From NCBI GenBank assembly GCA_040263275.1, contig JBDQKM010000002.1, forward strand, positions 1-48,934: DNA of 48,934 nt, written 5' to 3'. Below the pieces are notes generated by a model. It worked only from the letters and a program-made list of their open reading frames with translations. It was not told where the DNA came from and did not search any database. A program made the position numbers and the translations under genes. This DNA is from Acidimicrobiales bacterium. Its GTDB lineage: Bacteria > Actinomycetota > Acidimicrobiia > Acidimicrobiales > Aldehydirespiratoraceae. Positions 45,808 through 48,934 of this stretch are shown here, in pieces (the first letter of the stretch is position 1; every line of letters starts with the position of its first letter).

Positions 45808-48633
45808 ATGACCGACCTGCAGCAGTACCCGCCCCACGAGGACTGGCACGACGTCACCTCGCTCAACGCCAAGGCCTGGCCCGACAAGGTCGAGGAACAC
45901 CACTCGCTGGTGCCGACGACCTGCTTCAACTGTGAGGCGGCGTGTGGGCTGCTGGCCCACGTCAACCACGAGACCGGCGAGATCGACAAGATCGAGGGCA
46001 ACCCGCTCCATCCCGCGTCGCGGGGCCGCAACTGCGCCAAGGGCCCGGCCACGCTCAACCAGGTCACGGACACCGAACGAATCCTCCATCCGATGCGTCG
46101 GGTCGGGGAGCGTGGCTCGGGGCAGTGGGAGCGGGTCAGCTGGGAGGAAGCCCTCACCGACATCGGTGCTCGAATCGGGACGGCGATGGACGAGGGCCGC
46201 CGCGACGGCGTGATGTACCACGTCGGTCGACCGGGGGAGGACGGCTACGCCGACCGGGTCCTCAAGTCGTGGGGCGTCGACGGCCACAACAGCCACACCA
46301 ACATCTGCTCCTCCAATGCCCGCATCGGCTATCAGAGCTGGATGGGCCACGACCGCCCGTCGTCCGACTTCGCCAACGCCGAGGTGATCTTCCTGATCTC
46401 CTCGCACCTGGAGGCGGGCCACTACTTCAACCCCCACGCCCAGCGCATCATCGAGGCCCAGGGCAAGGGCGCGACCGTGATCTGTGTGGACCCGCGACTG
46501 TCCAACACCGGTTCGAAGGCCGACCACTGGCTGCCGGCCTGGCCCGGAACGGAGCCCTTCCTCCTGCTCACGATCGCCCGGCTGCTCATCGAGCGCGGGA
46601 CCTGGCAGAAGGACTTCGTGCGTCGGTGGGTCAACTGGGAGACCTACCTCTCCGAGACCCGCCCCGACCTGCCGCTCGAGTTCGACTCACTCGAGACCGC
46701 GTTGCTCGACGCCTACGCGGAGTACACCCCCGAAGCGGCCGAAGAGATCTGCGGCGTCTCCGGCGACCAGCTCCGAGAGATCGCCGAGATCATCGGGGCC
46801 CACCCGACCAAGTTCGCGTCGCACAACTGGCGAGCGGCCGGCGCCGGCAACCTCGGCGGTTGGCAGACCGCCCGCTGCCTGTTCTTCCTCAACGTGTTGA
46901 CCGGCTCCGTCGCGACCGTCGGCGGCACCAGTGGCAACGGCTGGAACAAGTTCAAGCCCGCCCAGCCGAAGGGCGCACCGGCGCTGCACGAGTGGAACGA
47001 GCTCTCCTGGCCGAAGGAGTTCCCGCTCTCGTACCACGAGATGTCGATCCTCCTGCCGCACTTCCTGAACGAGGGTCGCGGCACGCTCGACGTGTACTTC
47101 AGCCGGGTCTACAACCCGATCTGGACAAACCCCGACGGCTTCTCGTGGATGGAGGCGCTGACCGACGAGTCGAAGGTGAAGTGCCACGTGGCCCTCACCC
47201 CGACCTGGTCGGAGACCGCCTGGTTCGCCGACTATGTGCTCCCGATGGGAGTCGGCACGGAGCGTCACGACGTCGCGTCGTTCGAGACCCACAACGGCCG
47301 CTGGATCGGATTCCGCCAGCCGGTCATGCGCCGCTACGCCGAGATCCGCGGCGAGGAACTCGGACCCGACTCGCGCACGCACGAATTCAACCGCGGCGAG
47401 GTCTGGGAGGAGAACGAGTTCTGGATCGACCTCTCGTGGAAGATCGACCCCGATGGGTCTCGCGGCATCCGCCAGTGGTTCGAGTCCGACGAGCGGCCGG
47501 GGACGCCGATCACGGTCGACGAGTACTACGGCACGATGTTCTCGCAGTCCGTCCCCGGGCTCGCCGAGGCGGCGGAGGAAGCGGGCAAGACCCCGCTCGA
47601 GTACATGCGCGACGTCGGCTCGTTCGCCGTGCCGGGCGACATGGTCACGCCCTACGAGCGCATCGTGGGCGCCGACGCGGTCGCCGACTGCGAGAAGGGC
47701 ACCGATGGTGTCTTCCGCAAGCCGGGCACGATCGGTGCCTGGGACGGGACCAAGGATGGTCTGGCCGACATCGCCCTCGCCGACCTCGGCGAGGGCTCGC
47801 CCGCAGTCGAGGTCGACGGCGAGATCAAGGAGGGTTTCCCGACGCCCTCGAAGAAGCTCGAGCTCTTCTCCACCACGCTCAAGGACTGGGGATGGCCGGA
47901 GTATGCAGCGCCCACGTGGATCAAGAGCCACGTCCACCACCAGGACCTCGACATCGCGGGCAGTGAGCGCATCCTTCTGCCCACGTTCCGGATCCCGACA
48001 CTGATCCACACCCGTTCGGCCAACTCGAAGTGGCTCAACGAGATCAGCCATCGGCACCCGTTGTGGATCCACCCGTCCGACGCGGAGGCGCTCGACATCG
48101 AGGAGAACGGGCTCGTGCGCATCACCACCCGGATCGGCCACTTCGTCATCCAGGCCTGGCGAACCGAGGGCGTTCGCCCCGGCGTCGTCGCGGCATCGCA
48201 CCACATGGGGCGCTGGCGCATCGAGGAGGACAAGGCACGATCCTGGGGCGCCGGGAAGGCCACCATCGACAAGACCGCCGACGGGAAATGGAAGCTGACC
48301 CGCAACGACGGCATCCGCAAGTTCGACTCGGACGACCCCGACACCAACCGCATCTGGTGGAACGACACCGGTGTGCACCAGAACCTCACCTTCTCGGTGC
48401 AGCCCGACCCCATCTCCGGCATGCAGTGCTGGCACCAGAAGGTGACCGTCGGCCCAGCCGAGGCCGGCGACCAGTACGGCGATGTCGTCGTCGACACGGC
48501 CAAGTCCCGCGAGGCCTACCTCGACTGGATGGCCAACACCCGGCCCGCACCGGGGCCTGGGGGTCTGCGGCGCCCTCTCTGGTACGCCCGTCCGCTCAAG
48601 CCCGCCGCGCCGATGTACCACCTCGACGACTGA
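45808..48633 (+). CDS. Molybdopterin (bis-MGD) oxidoreductase catalytic subunit, Psr/Ttr/Soe-like, without a TAT signal
   Basis: FS0 motif CFNCEAACGL..(27)..CAKG. Candidate Mo ligand region GHNSHTNICSSNARIG. VCVDPR is the MGD-binding region. An in-frame TAG 12 nt upstream of the ATG excludes an N-terminal extension, and there is no RR motif. Confidence 0.85.
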   Translation: MTDLQQYPPHEDWHDVTSLNAKAWPDKVEEHHSLVPTTCFNCEAACGLLAHVNHETGEIDKIEGNPLHPASRGRNCAKGPATLNQVTDTERILHPMRRVGERGSGQWERVSWEEALTDIGARIGTAMDEGRRDGVMYHVGRPGEDGYADRVLKSWGVDGHNSHTNICSSNARIGYQSWMGHDRPSSDFANAEVIFLISSHLEAGHYFNPHAQRIIEAQGKGATVICVDPRLSNTGSKADHWLPAWPGTEPFLLLTIARLLIERGTWQKDFVRRWVNWETYLSETRPDLPLEFDSLETALLDAYAEYTPEAAEEICGVSGDQLREIAEIIGAHPTKFASHNWRAAGAGNLGGWQTARCLFFLNVLTGSVATVGGTSGNGWNKFKPAQPKGAPALHEWNELSWPKEFPLSYHEMSILLPHFLNEGRGTLDVYFSRVYNPIWTNPDGFSWMEALTDESKVKCHVALTPTWSETAWFADYVLPMGVGTERHDVASFETHNGRWIGFRQPVMRRYAEIRGEELGPDSRTHEFNRGEVWEENEFWIDLSWKIDPDGSRGIRQWFESDERPGTPITVDEYYGTMFSQSVPGLAEAAEEAGKTPLEYMRDVGSFAVPGDMVTPYERIVGADAVADCEKGTDGVFRKPGTIGAWDGTKDGLADIALADLGEGSPAVEVDGEIKEGFPTPSKKLELFSTTLKDWGWPEYAAPTWIKSHVHHQDLDIAGSERILLPTFRIPTLIHTRSANSKWLNEISHRHPLWIHPSDAEALDIEENGLVRITTRIGHFVIQAWRTEGVRPGVVAASHHMGRWRIEEDKARSWGAGKATIDKTADGKWKLTRNDGIRKFDSDDPDTNRIWWNDTGVHQNLTFSVQPDPISGMQCWHQKVTVGPAEAGDQYGDVVVDTAKSREAYLDWMANTRPAPGPGGLRRPLWYARPLKPAAPMYHLDD

Positions 48634-48655
48634 GCCCAGCCTCTAGGTTGTGGGA

Positions 48656-48934
48656 ATGCGCATCGGCTGCCCACGCGAGATCAAGGAGGCCGAGCGTCGC
48701 GTCGGCCTCACCCCGACGAGCGTGCGGGAGTTGGTGACCCACGGTCACGAGGTCGTCGTCGAGAAGGGTGCCGGCACCGGGATCGGCGCCACCGACCTCG
48801 ACTACGCGACGGCAGGGGCAGCGATCGAGGCCGACGTCGAACGCGTGTGGGGGAGCGCCGACCTGATCGTGAAGGTCAAGGAGCCCCAGGCCGCCGAACG
48901 GGCTCGTCTGCGCCCCGACCAGGCCCTCTTCACC
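48656..48934 (+). CDS. ald: Alanine dehydrogenase, N-terminal 93 codons (runs off the right edge)
   Basis: MRIGCPREIKEAERRVGLTPTSVRELVTHGHEVVVEKGAGTGIG..DLIVKVKEPQAAE..QALFT matches the Ald N-terminus (MRIGVPKEIK..E.RVGLTP..V..L...GH.V.VE..AG.G..F). Confidence 0.85.
   Translation, partial: MRIGCPREIKEAERRVGLTPTSVRELVTHGHEVVVEKGAGTGIGATDLDYATAGAAIEADVERVWGSADLIVKVKEPQAAERARLRPDQALFT

Noticed and set aside
44334-48621. ORFs 44334..45755 (+), 44962..46527 (-), 45942..47966 (+) and 46687..48621 (-)
   Set aside because: They are alternative-frame or antisense shadows of the FeS/NrfD and molybdopterin subunit genes, with no motifs.
45808-48633. Selenocysteine in the molybdopterin oxidoreductase (as in formate dehydrogenases)
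   Set aside because: The ORF is uninterrupted, and the candidate Mo-ligand position reads Cys (HTNICSS). There is no in-frame TGA.

Overview
High-GC (Actinomycetota-like) chromosomal segment, densely packed with about 50 genes on both strands. I found no intact rRNA or tRNA gene and no CRISPR array. The left 2.1 kb is a mobile-element scar: an IS3-family OrfA start at the window edge, an A/T-richer gene for an SLH-anchored protein with seven Cys-pair repeats, a 24-nt tRNA 3'-end fragment, and an IS481-family transposase remnant that truncates a carotenoid-cleavage-dioxygenase gene. Next come housekeeping and accessory genes: TetR, tadA, SDR, pcm, a frameshifted GGDEF-EAL sensor, a CNNM/CBS transporter, 1-Cys peroxiredoxin, YibE/F and an LmbE-type deacetylase. 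From about 15 to 40 kb lies a large oxidative catabolic region. It holds three Baeyer-Villiger-type monooxygenases, two crotonases, two ACAD-fold enzymes, SDRs, a class II aldolase, amidohydrolases, NTF2-like proteins, a TPP enzyme and a GH78 rhamnosidase. The right end encodes a DUF222/HNH protein, an HD-domain protein, a class-V aminotransferase, a signal-peptide-less molybdopterin oxidoreductase with a fused FeS/NrfD partner, and the start of alanine dehydrogenase. The most notable observation is two genes with an in-frame TGA exactly at a redox-active Cys position: a U-G-S-C protein at 31726..32247 and an ArsC-family protein at 42663..42980. Each TGA is followed at the canonical distance by a SECIS-like hairpin with G-U in its apical loop. 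I read both as selenocysteine recoding that an ordinary ORF caller would miss or split. All family assignments come from motif recognition by eye; no database search was possible.
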